Shown here one piece after another: positions 1 to 13,877 of a stretch of 64,000 nt of DNA. Below the pieces are notes generated by a model that did no database searches, had not been told where the DNA came from, and saw only the letters and a program-made list of their open reading frames with translations. Both the position numbers and the translations under genes were made by a program. Origin of the DNA: Eledone cirrhosa (lineage: Eukaryota); contig OZ024751.1 in assembly GCA_964016885.1 (NCBI GenBank), forward strand, positions 40,300,001 to 40,364,000, written 5' to 3'. The stretch's first letter is position 1. Each line of letters begins with the position of its first letter.

Positions 1-153
<153 letters not shown>

Positions 154-157
154 ATAT

Positions 158-233
<76 letters not shown>

Positions 234-352
234 TAGATAGATAGATAGATATTGATGAGTCTGACACGTGTTTCGATACGTTACATAAACGGCCTATGAG
301 ACCTGTGTCATTATATAATCCATTATCTCACACTGCCCGATGAAGATGATGA

Positions 353-417
<65 letters not shown>

Positions 418-430
418 ATATATACTACTA

Positions 431-500
<70 letters not shown>

Positions 501-712
501 ATTAGTTGTATATTTAAGAAAATAAGAGTTTCATAGATATTGTTGACAAAGGCACGTATTCTCCACCACCAAAAGCTGTATGTATGCTTTGTCATGACTA
601 ATTCATGGCTAATCGTTATACAAACATACACACACATACATACATATATATAAATATATATATAAATATATATATAAATATATATATACTTATATATATA
701 AATATATATATA

Positions 713-768
<56 letters not shown>

Positions 769-791
769 CATATATATATATATGTACATAC

Positions 792-856
<65 letters not shown>

Positions 857-894
857 CATATATATATATGTATATATATATATACATATATATA

Positions 895-996
<102 letters not shown>

Positions 997-999
997 TAC

Positions 1000-1032
<33 letters not shown>

Positions 1033-1476
1033 ACACTTACACCCACACGCATCCAGATACAGGATCCTGTAAATATATGAGCAAACGATAAACGATGCTA
1101 TTTGTACATCTGTCAAGATGGTCTCTTTCTTCACCTAATTCCATGCAAAGTATTTCTCTATTTTTCCCGTAATCAATGGTAACTACAACATTTCTGCAGG
1201 TAATACAAACACCAAGTACCAAGCACCAAGCCTGCTTATATCTTGAGTGGGTGTTTGTCTCAATAACAACTGTTTATCTTGCAACAAACCTTTCATATTT
1301 CTTAATTACACGAAGCTGCAACATATTAGATGAGTTACGTTCTTACTCCGTAAACTAACGACGACAACATCTTTTGCTTTTCTTTGCTGCTAAAAATGTT
1401 CAGATACGTTGAAGGACTTAGAATATGGTACTACGTTTCGTTGTTGTAAAATAAAAAAATATATATGTATAAAAAC

Positions 1477-1509
<33 letters not shown>

Positions 1510-2032
1510 TGTATGTATGTATGTATGTATACATACATACATAGATTACATACATACATACATACATATTATTACATACATACATATTATTATACATAAA
1601 TACATACATATTATACATGCATTATTATACATACATTACATTACATACATATTATTATACATACATACATACATATTATTCATCTATTTATTAATTTACC
1701 TATTCAAATATATATATATATATATGTATACATACATACATACATACATATATACATACATACATATATATATATTTGAAAAGGTAAATTAAAAAATAGA
1801 TGAATAAAAAGAAATGTTTTGGCAGGTCTAGGCAGGAATTCAGTGTGTTGAATTTCACATGTACCTGTCTCGTATGTTGCATAGCTGCACATATTTACCT
1901 GTTATATATATATATATATATTATATATATATATATATATATAATATATATATATATATACTAGAACAGTTGCATACCTGTACATATTGCGTTAACATGT
2001 GTTGTGGTCGCTGTCTCACTCACTCTCTCTCG

Positions 2033-2106
<74 letters not shown>

Positions 2107-2216
2107 CACGATATATATGTATATACATATATATATATCAGCTGAAAGGTAAATTACTTACGAAGAACATATCTATCGTTTCATCGAGTGGATTGTCGGA
2201 GTAATGAGGAAGAAAT

Positions 2217-2291
<75 letters not shown>

Positions 2292-2300
2292 GAGAGAGCG

Positions 2301-2356
<56 letters not shown>

Positions 2357-2776
2357 CGAGAGAGGGAGCGAGAGAGAGATAGAGAGTGTGAGAGAGAGAG
2401 AGCGAGCGAGAGAGAGAGAGAGAGTGAGAGGGAGAGATTGTGAATATAGAAAGGTTCAGAGAAATAAGTGAAATGGTTAAGAAGACCCCAAACATATTGA
2501 GAGAAGAAGAAGGGGCTGAAATGTAATTAGTAAAGAAACCCCAAACAATCATAAACAACTGAAATGTTATTTTAAAACAATTTAGATAGGAAGGTTAGTG
2601 TTACCGGATGGCGATACTAGTTAAAATAAGTGGGTAATCGTGATTGGTAGAAATATCTAAATGACGCCATGTTAGTAATGTTACGTGAACAGTGTGTTTC
2701 AAGAAGAAATATATAGCTATCCCTCATTTGCTTGTTACTGTCTCTTATCTCCTCTTTTCACTTACCCAGTTATTCT

Positions 2777-2832
<56 letters not shown>

Positions 2833-2898
2833 ACCTGCCATATTACGTGAGGCTTGAATATAATATATGGAAGTGTCACTATGTATTACTTTGTTAAT

Positions 2899-3128
2899 CT
2901 ATAGTGATGAAGCATAATGACGCAGAAACAAGCTTGTCTGTAGATTCAGACATACAACCATCTCTCAGTTTCTTCTTGCTGTCGCTTCTCTCCTCTTTTC
3001 TCTTGTTCATTTATTCTCTCACTTTTTATCAGATTTACAACGAGAAGCTTGAATATAATATAAAGACGTGATTATTTATTAATCTATACTGATGAAACGT
3101 AACAATCTAGAAACAAACCTGTCTATAG
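2899..3128 (+). ncRNA. Two tandem hammerhead-like motifs, 185 bp apart (2899-2943 with GUGAUGA core; 3084-3128 with CUGAUGA core)
   Basis: CTATA-CTGATGA-...-GAAACAAACCTGTC-TATAG: stem I CUAUA/UAUAG, stem III ACA/UGU, GUC triplet, weak stem II. The first copy has palindromic ACAAGCTTGT. Confidence 0.55.
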
Positions 3129-3506
3129 ATACAGCCTTAGAAAAATACCACATAAATTAAATTAAATTAAATTTGGTTGTACAAACAGAAGGTTTTCAGT
3201 TAGAGTTATCTGAAAAGTGTGGAGAAATGGTGGTATAGTTGAAAAGAAGGATAGCGTTGTAGAATGACTACGAAATTAGATACAAGATAAATACAAGTGT
3301 TTTAAGATTCCCAAATATAATCATCTGCTAAGTATTACATTTTAGGAATAACTCACTCACTAAGGTGTATAAAAAGACTTAAGATTGATTTCTTATAGCA
3401 ACATATTAAATATTTCACCTGTGATCACGTGATTTATTTAAGGAGCCTGGTTTAATATCAAGAGTGTATTTCCTACTAATGTATAAAATAGATTTGATAT
3501 CAGAGG

Positions 3507-3593
<87 letters not shown>

Positions 3594-3689
3594 AAAGAAG
3601 GCATAACATATTGTTAATATGATATCCCTGAAATATATATAATGAAATAAATATGGTTTTATAAATATAGTTTCCATTTATTTAATATC

Positions 3690-3744
<55 letters not shown>

Positions 3745-3779
3745 TGTGTGTATATATATATATTATATATATATATATA

Positions 3780-3842
<63 letters not shown>

Positions 3843-3911
3843 CTAATTTTTAAAACAAACTTAATATTACATGTGTGTGTTACTAATGCATGGAATAGAT
3901 TTAATACCAGG

Positions 3912-3954
<43 letters not shown>

Positions 3955-4235
3955 GTATATATATATATATATATATACGTATATATACACACATACATGA
4001 AAGGAAATACAAACCTGTTATAACATTAAAAGTAACTTAATTATAGATACATGCTCTCTAGATATTACTAAACATGTTAGAAGACATACTTTAGGTGGAG
4101 GAGGTGGTGGCGGATAACTTGGGTTTCAAGGGAAGGATGTAAGCCTATGGGAATTGACAGTTTTATATGTCTGTCTGTCTGTCTGTCTGTCTATCTGTCT
4201 ATCTATCTATCTCTATCTATCTATATATCTATCTA

Positions 4236-4380
<145 letters not shown>

Positions 4381-4604
4381 ATCTATCTATCTGTACTTTT
4401 AACTAAAACTGATTCCATGGGGATAGGATCTTGAGATCGATGCTAAATTTGGAAAGTAAAGGTATGGTAAATGAGACACACACACACACACACACGCACA
4501 CACACTCACTCACTCACACTCTCACACACAAAGATACACTCTCACACGCATGTACTCCCATGCACCTACACATACAGTCACAATCTCTTTCACACACACA
4601 GAGG

Positions 4605-4636
<32 letters not shown>

Positions 4637-4661
4637 CATATGTATATATATACTCATACAT

Positions 4662-4798
<137 letters not shown>

Positions 4799-4837
4799 CA
4801 AATATTAATAAAATAGATGTTCTTTTGATCAATAAAA

Positions 4838-4888
4838 TTTTATTATACATATTTCAGAGGTACAACAGTACATCCTCATCAGACAAAA
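4838..4888 (-). ncRNA. Minimal type-I hammerhead ribozyme motif (GAAA-UA family)
   Basis: Minus strand TTTTGT-CTGATGA-GGATGTAC TGTT GTACCTCT-GAAA-TATGTATA-ATAAAA. Confidence 0.65.
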
Positions 4889-5068
4889 TATAATGATACA
4901 TGACATACCCTGAGATGTTAAATGGTTAAGATTTAATCAAATGACTACCTTGATTAAATATTTGTATTTTTATATTAATAACTCTGGAAAATATTTTCTT
5001 GTAGAGTGCTTCCAATCTACTGTAAAACTCATTCTTTGATGTACTCATTGAATCTTGTTTAATTCTTT

Positions 5069-5132
<64 letters not shown>

Positions 5133-5374
5133 GTCCTACACACCCAGTTATTTGACTGATTACTTCTATCATTAAGAACGAACAAACCATTTCATATCAC
5201 CATTAACATAGCAACATATCAGAGTTATAACGGTGCAGCTGTTTGTCTATCTATCTATCTCCCTCCCTATCTCCCTCGCTGTCTGTCTGTTTGTCTATCT
5301 ATCTATCTGTCTATCTATCTCCCTCTCTATCTATCTCCCTCTCTGTCTGTCTTTTTGTCTACCTATCTGTCTGG

Positions 5375-5852
5375 AGAGGCAGTTTTCCTCTGTATAGTGG
5401 CTATAGTGAAAGAGATTATATGGTGGACAAGGTTGAGAGGACTGAAGACAGATGCCTTTCTCTCCGGGCAACAACTCATTCCCTTCTTTAGGTACCACTT
5501 TAGAAGGAGAATCAGAGTGGAGAGAGAGATACTGCACCCCAGTAAATTTACTGAAAGGTGGCTGAATGTGGCAAAAATGGCCCGAGTGATTGGGTCTTCT
5601 CTGTATATAAACCTGTAGGTTGAAAAAGAGAGCAAAAGGAAGAAAGGAGTACTTGCACAACATGCTCCTGGAGTTGATGGTTATTCTATCTACGGGGTAT
5701 AAAGCAACCCATTTGTAACGCTTCCCCACTATTGGGGATTTCGATTGTTATATTTTCCTGTTAAAACTTTTTTACACGACTATGTAAAAGCCCCGCCATA
5801 TGTCTTTGTATTGTCCCCTTTTCTTGTGCGCCCCTGTGGCAAATAAAGAAAT
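5375..5852 (+). mobile_element. L1/Tx1-clade LINE 3' end fragment
   Basis: Encodes AVFLCIVAIVKEIIWWTRLRGLK...FTERWLNVAKM, homologous to 47520-47770. Followed by the 3'UTR ending GGCAAATAAAGAAA; (TCTA)n on both sides. Confidence 0.8.
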
Positions 5853-5872
5853 ATATCTATCTATCTATCTAT

Positions 5873-6281
5873 CTTTCTCTCCGGACAACAACTCATCCCC
5901 TTTAAGTACCACTTCAGAAGGAAGGTGAGAGTGGAGAGAGAGGTACTACACCCCAGTAAATTCGCTGAAAGGTGGGGGAATGTGGCGAAAATGCCCCGAG
6001 TGAATGGTCCTTCTCTGTATATAAACCTGTAGGTTGAGGAAGATAAACAGAGGGAAGACGGGAACACCTACAAAACGTGCTCCTGGTGTTGAGTGTTGTT
6101 CTATCCACGGGGTGTAAAACAACCCAGCAGTAACGTTCCCTACCCCTAATGGGAATTTCGATTGTTTTATTTTATATATAGTTTATTGTTATTCATCATT
6201 GTTAAAGATTTTATGTAAAATCCCCGCCATCACATTTTGTAATGTCCCATTTTTGTACGCCCCTCTGGCAAATAAAGAAAG
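5873..6281 (+). mobile_element. Second, diverged L1/Tx1 3' end fragment in tandem
   Basis: Homologous to 5460-5850, ends GGCAAATAAAGAAAGATATCTATC, flanked by (TCTA)n. Confidence 0.8.
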
Positions 6282-7211
6282 ATATCTATCTATCTATCTA
6301 TTTATCTCTCTCTCTCTCTCTATCTATCTCTCTGTCTGTCTATCTCTCTGTCTATCTATCTATCTATCTATTTATCTTTCTGTCTGTCTATCTCTCTGTC
6401 TGTCTATGAACATTGATATTCTACGTCCGTTAGTTTAGTTATCTTCAAGTAAAACCAAGATGGCCGAACGTTATATATGGTTTTTCCCTTTCTCATATTT
6501 TTGTTGTATTTTTAAACTCAGTCGAATTTCGGATCAAACCAGAGAAACAAATTCATGTCGTATGTCTTGCTCCACTATTACTGGTCGTATTTCTAATACT
6601 GTCTTCAGCCCGGTGTCTTTTTGAAGTTGTCTCCCCAGGTTAAATTACCCATGTTTTAAGATCAGAGCCTTTCTCTTTAGTTCTCAATAGTTAAACCTAA
6701 CTTGTTATACGTCTGCGAGGCATAGACGCTCATCACAGAGAAGCTAGACAGAATGGTGTACCCCTAACATCTTTATAGGAAAGGTTTTATTTATAAGAGC
6801 TATCAGAATTATCTAGAAGGTCACTTATTAAGAGGTGTTGGCATAGTAAAGGTGTATGTGCATGGGGTGTTAAACCTCTTCACCTATCTCCATCATATAC
6901 AACAACAACAACAATAAAATATTTTCCAGTCATAGGAAGAAGCGTAGCTGTAAGTAGTCTGTAAAAATACATACTTCATTCCTCCACCGCAGGAGGAAAA
7001 AATATATATAATGAATAAATAAATAACTAAAGGTATAAAAAATGTAGGAAATTCTTAAGTGAAGAAGATATATAAAACAGGAATTGGTGAAATAAACCAA
7101 ACCCATCTGTATAACCGGGGAAGAATTTATAGCTGATTCATATGTGTGCTGGCTTCTTCTTTTTCGTCTTCGCCTAAATGTCGGCTGTCTTTACCGCGCT
7201 TGCTTGTCGTG

Positions 7212-7298
<87 letters not shown>

Positions 7299-7394
7299 CA
7301 CACACACATATATATATACACACACACACACATATATATATTTATATATATATATATTTATATACACACACACATACATATATACATACACATT

Positions 7395-7439
<45 letters not shown>

Positions 7440-7440
7440 A

Positions 7441-7478
<38 letters not shown>

Positions 7479-7591
7479 CATGTATGTATATATATATACA
7501 CACAAACATCTCTTGTGTGAGCAATATTGTTGATATTTAGCTTGTAGAGAGGGGGATATATATACGTATATATATACATATACACACACAC

Positions 7592-7623
<32 letters not shown>

Positions 7624-7632
7624 ATAAATATC

Positions 7633-7664
<32 letters not shown>

Positions 7665-7808
7665 AATATATATAAATATATATATATTTATGTGTAGAGA
7701 GAGAGAAAGAATCTCGTATATAGCCTATACATCATCATATAACTATACATCTGTGTTGACCAATTTTGTTGTTATTCAACTTCTAGAGAGGGAAAGGGGG
7801 GAAGAGAA

Positions 7809-7889
<81 letters not shown>

Positions 7890-8195
7890 AGATGATTCAG
7901 TAGGTACACTGTTCTGAGATGGGGGGGGGGGGGGTAGAAAGAAGCAGGGTGCAGGGGTCTGTTTGATGTTTCTAACAAACATGGATGCTGCTTTTTTTTT
8001 TTTTTTCTGTTGCTTTGTTTGTTTTTTCTGTCTTCCTTTCATTGTTTTTAGTTTTTTTTTGTTTTTTTACCTTTCGTTATCTGAAAACTTAGCCTGTTAA
8101 TTACTGAAGAGAAAAGGAAAGAAAGAAGAAATATAGAGGGGATGGGGAGAAAGGAAGAAAAAACGAGAAAGAGTGAGAGAGATAGAGTGTAAGAA

Positions 8196-8750
8196 TGTGT
8201 TGTGAAGTGTTGTGTTGTGATGTGTTGTGTTGTGAAGTGTTGTGTTGCGTTGTGAAGTGTTGTGAAGTGTTGTGTTGCGTTGTGAAGTGTTGTGTTGTGA
8301 AGTGTTGTGTTGTGAAGTGTTGTGTTGTGTTGTGTTGTGTTGTGAAGTGTTGTGTTGTCTTGTGAAGTGTTGTGTTGTGTTGCGTTGTGTTGTGTTGTGA
8401 AGTGTTGCGCTGTGAAGTGTTGTGTTGTGAAGTGTTATGTTGTGTTGTATTGTGAAGTGTTGTGTTGCGTTGTGAAGTGTTGTGTTGTGAAGAGTTGTGT
8501 TGTGTTGTGAAGTGTTGTGTTGTGAAGTGTTGTGTTGTGTTGTGTTGTGTTGTGAAGTGTTGTGAAGTGTTGTGTTGTCTTGTGAAGTGTTGTGTTGTGA
8601 AGTGTTGTGAAGTGTTGTGTTGTCTTGTGAAGTGTTGTGTTGTGTTGTGTTGTGTTGTGTTGTGAAGTGTTGCGCTGTGAAGTGTTGTGTTGTGAAGTGT
8701 TATGTTGTGTTGTATTGTGAAGTGTTGTGTTTAGTGTAGTGTTGTGCTGT
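8196..8750. repeat. Pentanucleotide-based satellite (TGTGT/TGTGA/AGTGT)n
   Basis: Direct reading. Confidence 0.95.
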
Positions 8751-8900
8751 GATAAATTACTTCATCAAAGTGGTCACAGTATGGTCAAATGGTTAAGAAG
8801 TTTGCTTCGCAATCATTAGGTCCAGGTGTCTTGGGACAGTCAGATTTACCACAGCCTTCGGTTGGCTCAAAAAATGTGAACGAAATTGGGTAGACGGAAA

Positions 8901-9008
<108 letters not shown>

Positions 9009-9009
9009 A

Positions 9010-9196
9010 CGAAGGAAGTGTGGTAAGGAACCAGATGGACCATAACGCACCAGAGTACTCAATACTTAGGGTAGTAGAGTGGGTAATAGGAAAATGTTTA
9101 ACCCCGACGGCAGAGCTCAAGCCGTTTCGACGGCTATTTCTGGACTAAAATATAGTCGAAACGGGTTGATCTCTGCCGTCGGGGTTAAACATTTTC

Positions 9197-9200
<4 letters not shown>
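9010..9200. mobile_element. Short interspersed element (also at 36194-36345; fragment at 55300-55340), here folded back on itself
   Basis: GAAGGAAGTGTGGTAAGGAACCAG...CCCGACGGCAGAGCTCAAGCCGTTTC is shared with 36194. 9086-9131 is inverted at 9155-9200. Confidence 0.7.
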
Positions 9201-9229
<29 letters not shown>

Positions 9230-9269
9230 CGATATTAATAAATGGAAACTATATTTATAAAACCATATC

Positions 9270-9334
9270 TATTTCATTATACATATTTCAGGGATACCAC
9301 ATTAAATTATGGTATGCCTTCATCAGACAAAATA
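9270..9334 (-). ncRNA. Minimal type-I hammerhead ribozyme motif in pLTR-like repeat
   Basis: Minus strand TATTTTGT-CTGATGA-AGGCATACCA..TGGTATCCCT-GAAA-TATGTATA-ATGAAATA. Confidence 0.7.
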
Positions 9335-9382
9335 CAATATATAACAGTTTTACAAATAGCTTTGACGTACCCCTTTAAAATG

Positions 9383-9438
<56 letters not shown>

Positions 9439-9595
9439 CATAGCTGCGTGATTAAGAAGTTCATTTGGCGTCTTAAGTTAAGTTATGTTTCCACTATAGT
9501 GGTGAGTAAAATTTGGTAGACGGAAACACTGTGTTTACCTGTCTATATACACATCTACATCGATATAATCAGATGTACACACATAGCCACCCACC

Positions 9596-9629
<34 letters not shown>

Positions 9630-9645
9630 CACATTTATATACGCG

Positions 9646-9695
<50 letters not shown>

Positions 9696-9704
9696 TATAT
9701 ATAC

Positions 9705-9743
<39 letters not shown>

Positions 9744-9839
9744 CACGCGCGCGCGCACACACGCACACATATATATATACACGCGCACACACACACACAT
9801 ATATATATATATACATATACACACACATATATATACGCG

Positions 9840-9873
<34 letters not shown>

Positions 9874-9880
9874 CACACAT

Positions 9881-9953
<73 letters not shown>

Positions 9954-10294
9954 TATATATACGCGCACACACACACACACACACATATATATATACACAC
10001 ACACACACAAACCGAGTGTGCAGTTAATAGGGTGCTAATTAACAAGGCGAGAGAGGAGATAATGTCGATAGTTGGAATTCTGTTATCAGCCATTAAATAT
10101 ATGTCTGTCTGTCTGTCACAAAGACACACTTAACACACCAGGTATCCTCTACTTGGTCCCTTAACCTGCTAGAAATAGCAGTGAAATCTCCCTTCAAATC
10201 ACACCCAACTTTCTTAAAAACACTTCCAACCATTGGATAATTGTTTTAAAATAAATTATACTGAACCAGGGATTCTGAATCTGAAACCCGAAAA

Positions 10295-10592
10295 TCTCTG
10301 GGGCCCGGGGAACTATGTGACCCGAAGATCTCTGGGGCCCGGGTAACTCTGAGGCCCGAGGAACCATGTGACCCGATGATCTCTGGGGCCCGAGTAACTC
10401 TGAGGCCCGAGTAACTATGTGACCCGAAGATCTCTGGGGCCCGGGTAACTCTGAGGCCCGAGTAACTATGTGACCCGAAGATCTCTGGGGCCCGGGTAAC
10501 TCTGAGGCCCGGGGAACCATGTGACCCGAAGATCTCTGGGTCTCGGGGAAATCTAGGGCCCGGGGAACCATGTGACCCGAAGATCTCTGGAG
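10295..10592. repeat. GC-rich minisatellite, 51-bp unit built from three 17-bp sub-repeats
   Basis: CTCTGGGGCCCGGGTAA / CTCTGAGGCCCGAGTAA / CTATGTGACCCGAAGAT, about 6 units. Confidence 0.9.
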
Positions 10593-10908
10593 GTTCACAA
10601 AGGTAGTACTGGAGGAATGGTCCATGCCATGAGATAAATTAAAAAGTTTTAATTACTTTTTTAAAGCATTAAACAAACCCAGACGACCATTGGGTTTCCA
10701 TTCTTCTCTAAATATAAACATTTCCTCATTGGGGTCTTTGATAGTAAAATAGTTGGAAACGAGTATGAAACAGTTCTAGTCCTGTAGAAGCCATTTCTAT
10801 CTTAAACTTAATATATGTGTAGGTTGTCATTTTTTTTATTATATAACAGGCTGAATGAGTTGTGGCGTATATGTCACTGTTGTACTTGTATATGTCACTG
10901 TTCACCAC

Positions 10909-11137
<229 letters not shown>

Positions 11138-11300
11138 AAAAATGGAGCACTGCGTGGTTGCACATGGGTTATATATGAATAAAATTAGTCCATCAGTGAT
11201 CTTCCAACTTTCATTGGTATTTAAAGCGATAAAATACCAATGAAAGTTGGAAGATCACAGATGAGGGACTAATTTTATTCATATACATATATATATATAT

Positions 11301-11853
11301 GATGGCTGTCCCCTCATTATCGAATATGGCTATTGCACGATATACCATTATTAATAATTATTAATTAATTCTATCGTGCAATGCCTGTGCATGAAGATAT
11401 TTTTTTAAATGAGGAAAGACTGTGCACTGAGCCAATCCCACTCTCTGAGCGACAGTAGCTATAACCCGAAAAGACGAAAATATTAACATCATCCGTAACT
11501 ACTGAGCCGCAGGTTTTATATCGGAGTTATCCCAGTTTCCTGAGTTACCTTCTCCTAGAAGAATGCCCTGACAAAGGCTAGGGGTCCTTCACTCCCAGTG
11601 GTTTAACCGCGCGTTCGGGTGTCCAGCCCGATTATTTCTATGTCCCCGCGCATGTACATACACATGCACCCATGTATATACACATATACATATACATACA
11701 TATGTACATGTCGCGTGGTCGGGTCGTCGGCGACTAAACCGGCAACCCCACCAAGTTTACTTGGTGAGGAGGAGGATTTTGGACACCCTGCAGGACAAAA
11801 ACCAAAACCTGACAAAGGACGGAAGATCTCATAAGAGCCAACGGCCATCCAAA
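11301..11853 (-). mobile_element. Non-autonomous RTE-derived element, family B, with inverted 5' piece
   Basis: 11301-11607 matches 24812-25120 and contains the RTE 5'UTR-like motif CTAGGAGAAGG on minus. 11709-11853 is the 5' piece (GGTCGGGTCGTCGGCGACTAAACCGGCAACCCC) in the opposite orientation. Confidence 0.7.
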
Positions 11854-11889
11854 AGTGTGTAAATATATATATATACATACATACATACA

Positions 11890-12013
<124 letters not shown>

Positions 12014-12445
12014 TGTGTGTGTGTGTGTATCTGTGTGTGTGTATATGTGGTACCGTTAGTTAGTTTAAACAATCATATAAAAACAGCCATTTTTAGCTTA
12101 ATCAGCCAGTTTTCTGTTTGCCAGAAATCTAGAAAGCTCTCTGCTAATAAGTTTCATTTGGATCGGTGCCTTTTCAGTACAAAACCATCCTAGAAATGTA
12201 TCCGTTTTGTACATTACTACTAAATAATAATAAATCCAGTTAAGAATAGTTCACCTTTGCCAAAATGTTCAAAACCTTCGCTCATTCTTTTTTTTTTTAT
12301 TTTTATTATATTATTTTTTCATTTGTGCAAGATACAAAAATACTAAATGAAACATTATGATATAAAATTTATAAATAAGTATAGATATAAAATTTCCAAT
12401 TTTTTTCTCCAGAAAATGTTTTCTTCAAACAACAATGCTATATAG

Positions 12446-12548
<103 letters not shown>

Positions 12549-12980
12549 GTACATATATATATATATATATACTCTTTTATATCCGAATAAAAATTCTACA
12601 GTTGAAGAATTTGAAATTCCAGAAACTTCCGAGTTTCTTTTTATTTTAATATGAACTAATTTCATGGATGAATGACATCGCCTTTAGGATTTAATTTACA
12701 ACAAATCAATTAATTCTCTATTTGAAAACGTATACAGTTTCAATTATAAAGTAATTTAGAAGATTAAAAAAACAACTTAGAGGAAGGAGAGAACATTTTT
12801 TTTTTATGTCACTGTTAGTTTTCGACCTCTTTAACTTGGCTCTATACAAATTCTCTCCGGAGATGTTTAAACATCAACAACATTAAGTAAGGGTAAGGTC
12901 AATATAAAGCAGAGGTTCTGAAAGGGGGTGAAATGGTACGGTCACGTGACAAGATCTGATAGATTGACCAAGAGACCGAA

Positions 12981-13036
<56 letters not shown>

Positions 13037-13611
13037 ATATTTAGAGTTTTAAACTCAAACAGTCCTTTACAATTAATTAGCTCAAAGAAAGAAGCATTTC
13101 TGAGCCGTGAAATACAAGTTAATATAAATTAATATACGATAAACACATAAGTGTTTGTATTGCAAAAGACGAAGTTAGCTAGAATGAAATAAACTAATTA
13201 AAATAAATATAGTTTGCCTGTCTCGATTTAAAATAATAAATCAATAAAAACAAACCCATATTGGCAAAAGCCGTGATTCCTGGACAAATTTAAATTTCAA
13301 AATCCAAACCTGTTCCGTAGAAGAATTTGAACTTCAAAACCTAAATATGTTTCGCAACGATAGTATAAAAAGTGAAATATTCCAATTCTCTATACTTATC
13401 AACAGGAATCCAGAAAAATTAGGATGCTTCACCTCTAAAAGATTTTGGAGGTCTGGTTCACAAGCACAAACGCACGAGGTACACCAGCTCACTAGCTATC
13501 TCATACTCACAGTGCTAGAAATAACAGCCGTTTATATGGGATTAAAAATTAGCTCAACAAGACAGGAGCCGTAATATTATATTTATATTTAGAGTTTTAA
13601 ACTCAAACAGT

Positions 13612-13672
<61 letters not shown>

Positions 13673-13834
13673 AAGATAGAGAGTCTGCGGTGGTGAGACC
13701 CGAGAGAGCACTAATCATGGGAGTACTCAATATTTCTGCCGGACCGGCAACCGCTCTTTCAAACCAGTTCCTGTACACAGCTAAGTATTCTATAAGTCTC
13801 TAGCTGTGTCGTTCTCGATAAAAGCATTGGATAT

Positions 13835-13877
13835 GTAATCCTGATGATTTCTAATAAGAATGAAACGCGTAGATTAC
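13835..13877 (+). ncRNA. Minimal type-I hammerhead ribozyme (Penelope-type)
   Basis: GTAATC-CTGATGA-TTTCT AATA AGAAT-GAAACGCGTA-GATTAC: perfect 6-bp stem I, palindromic ACGCGT stem III, GUA triplet. Confidence 0.8.
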
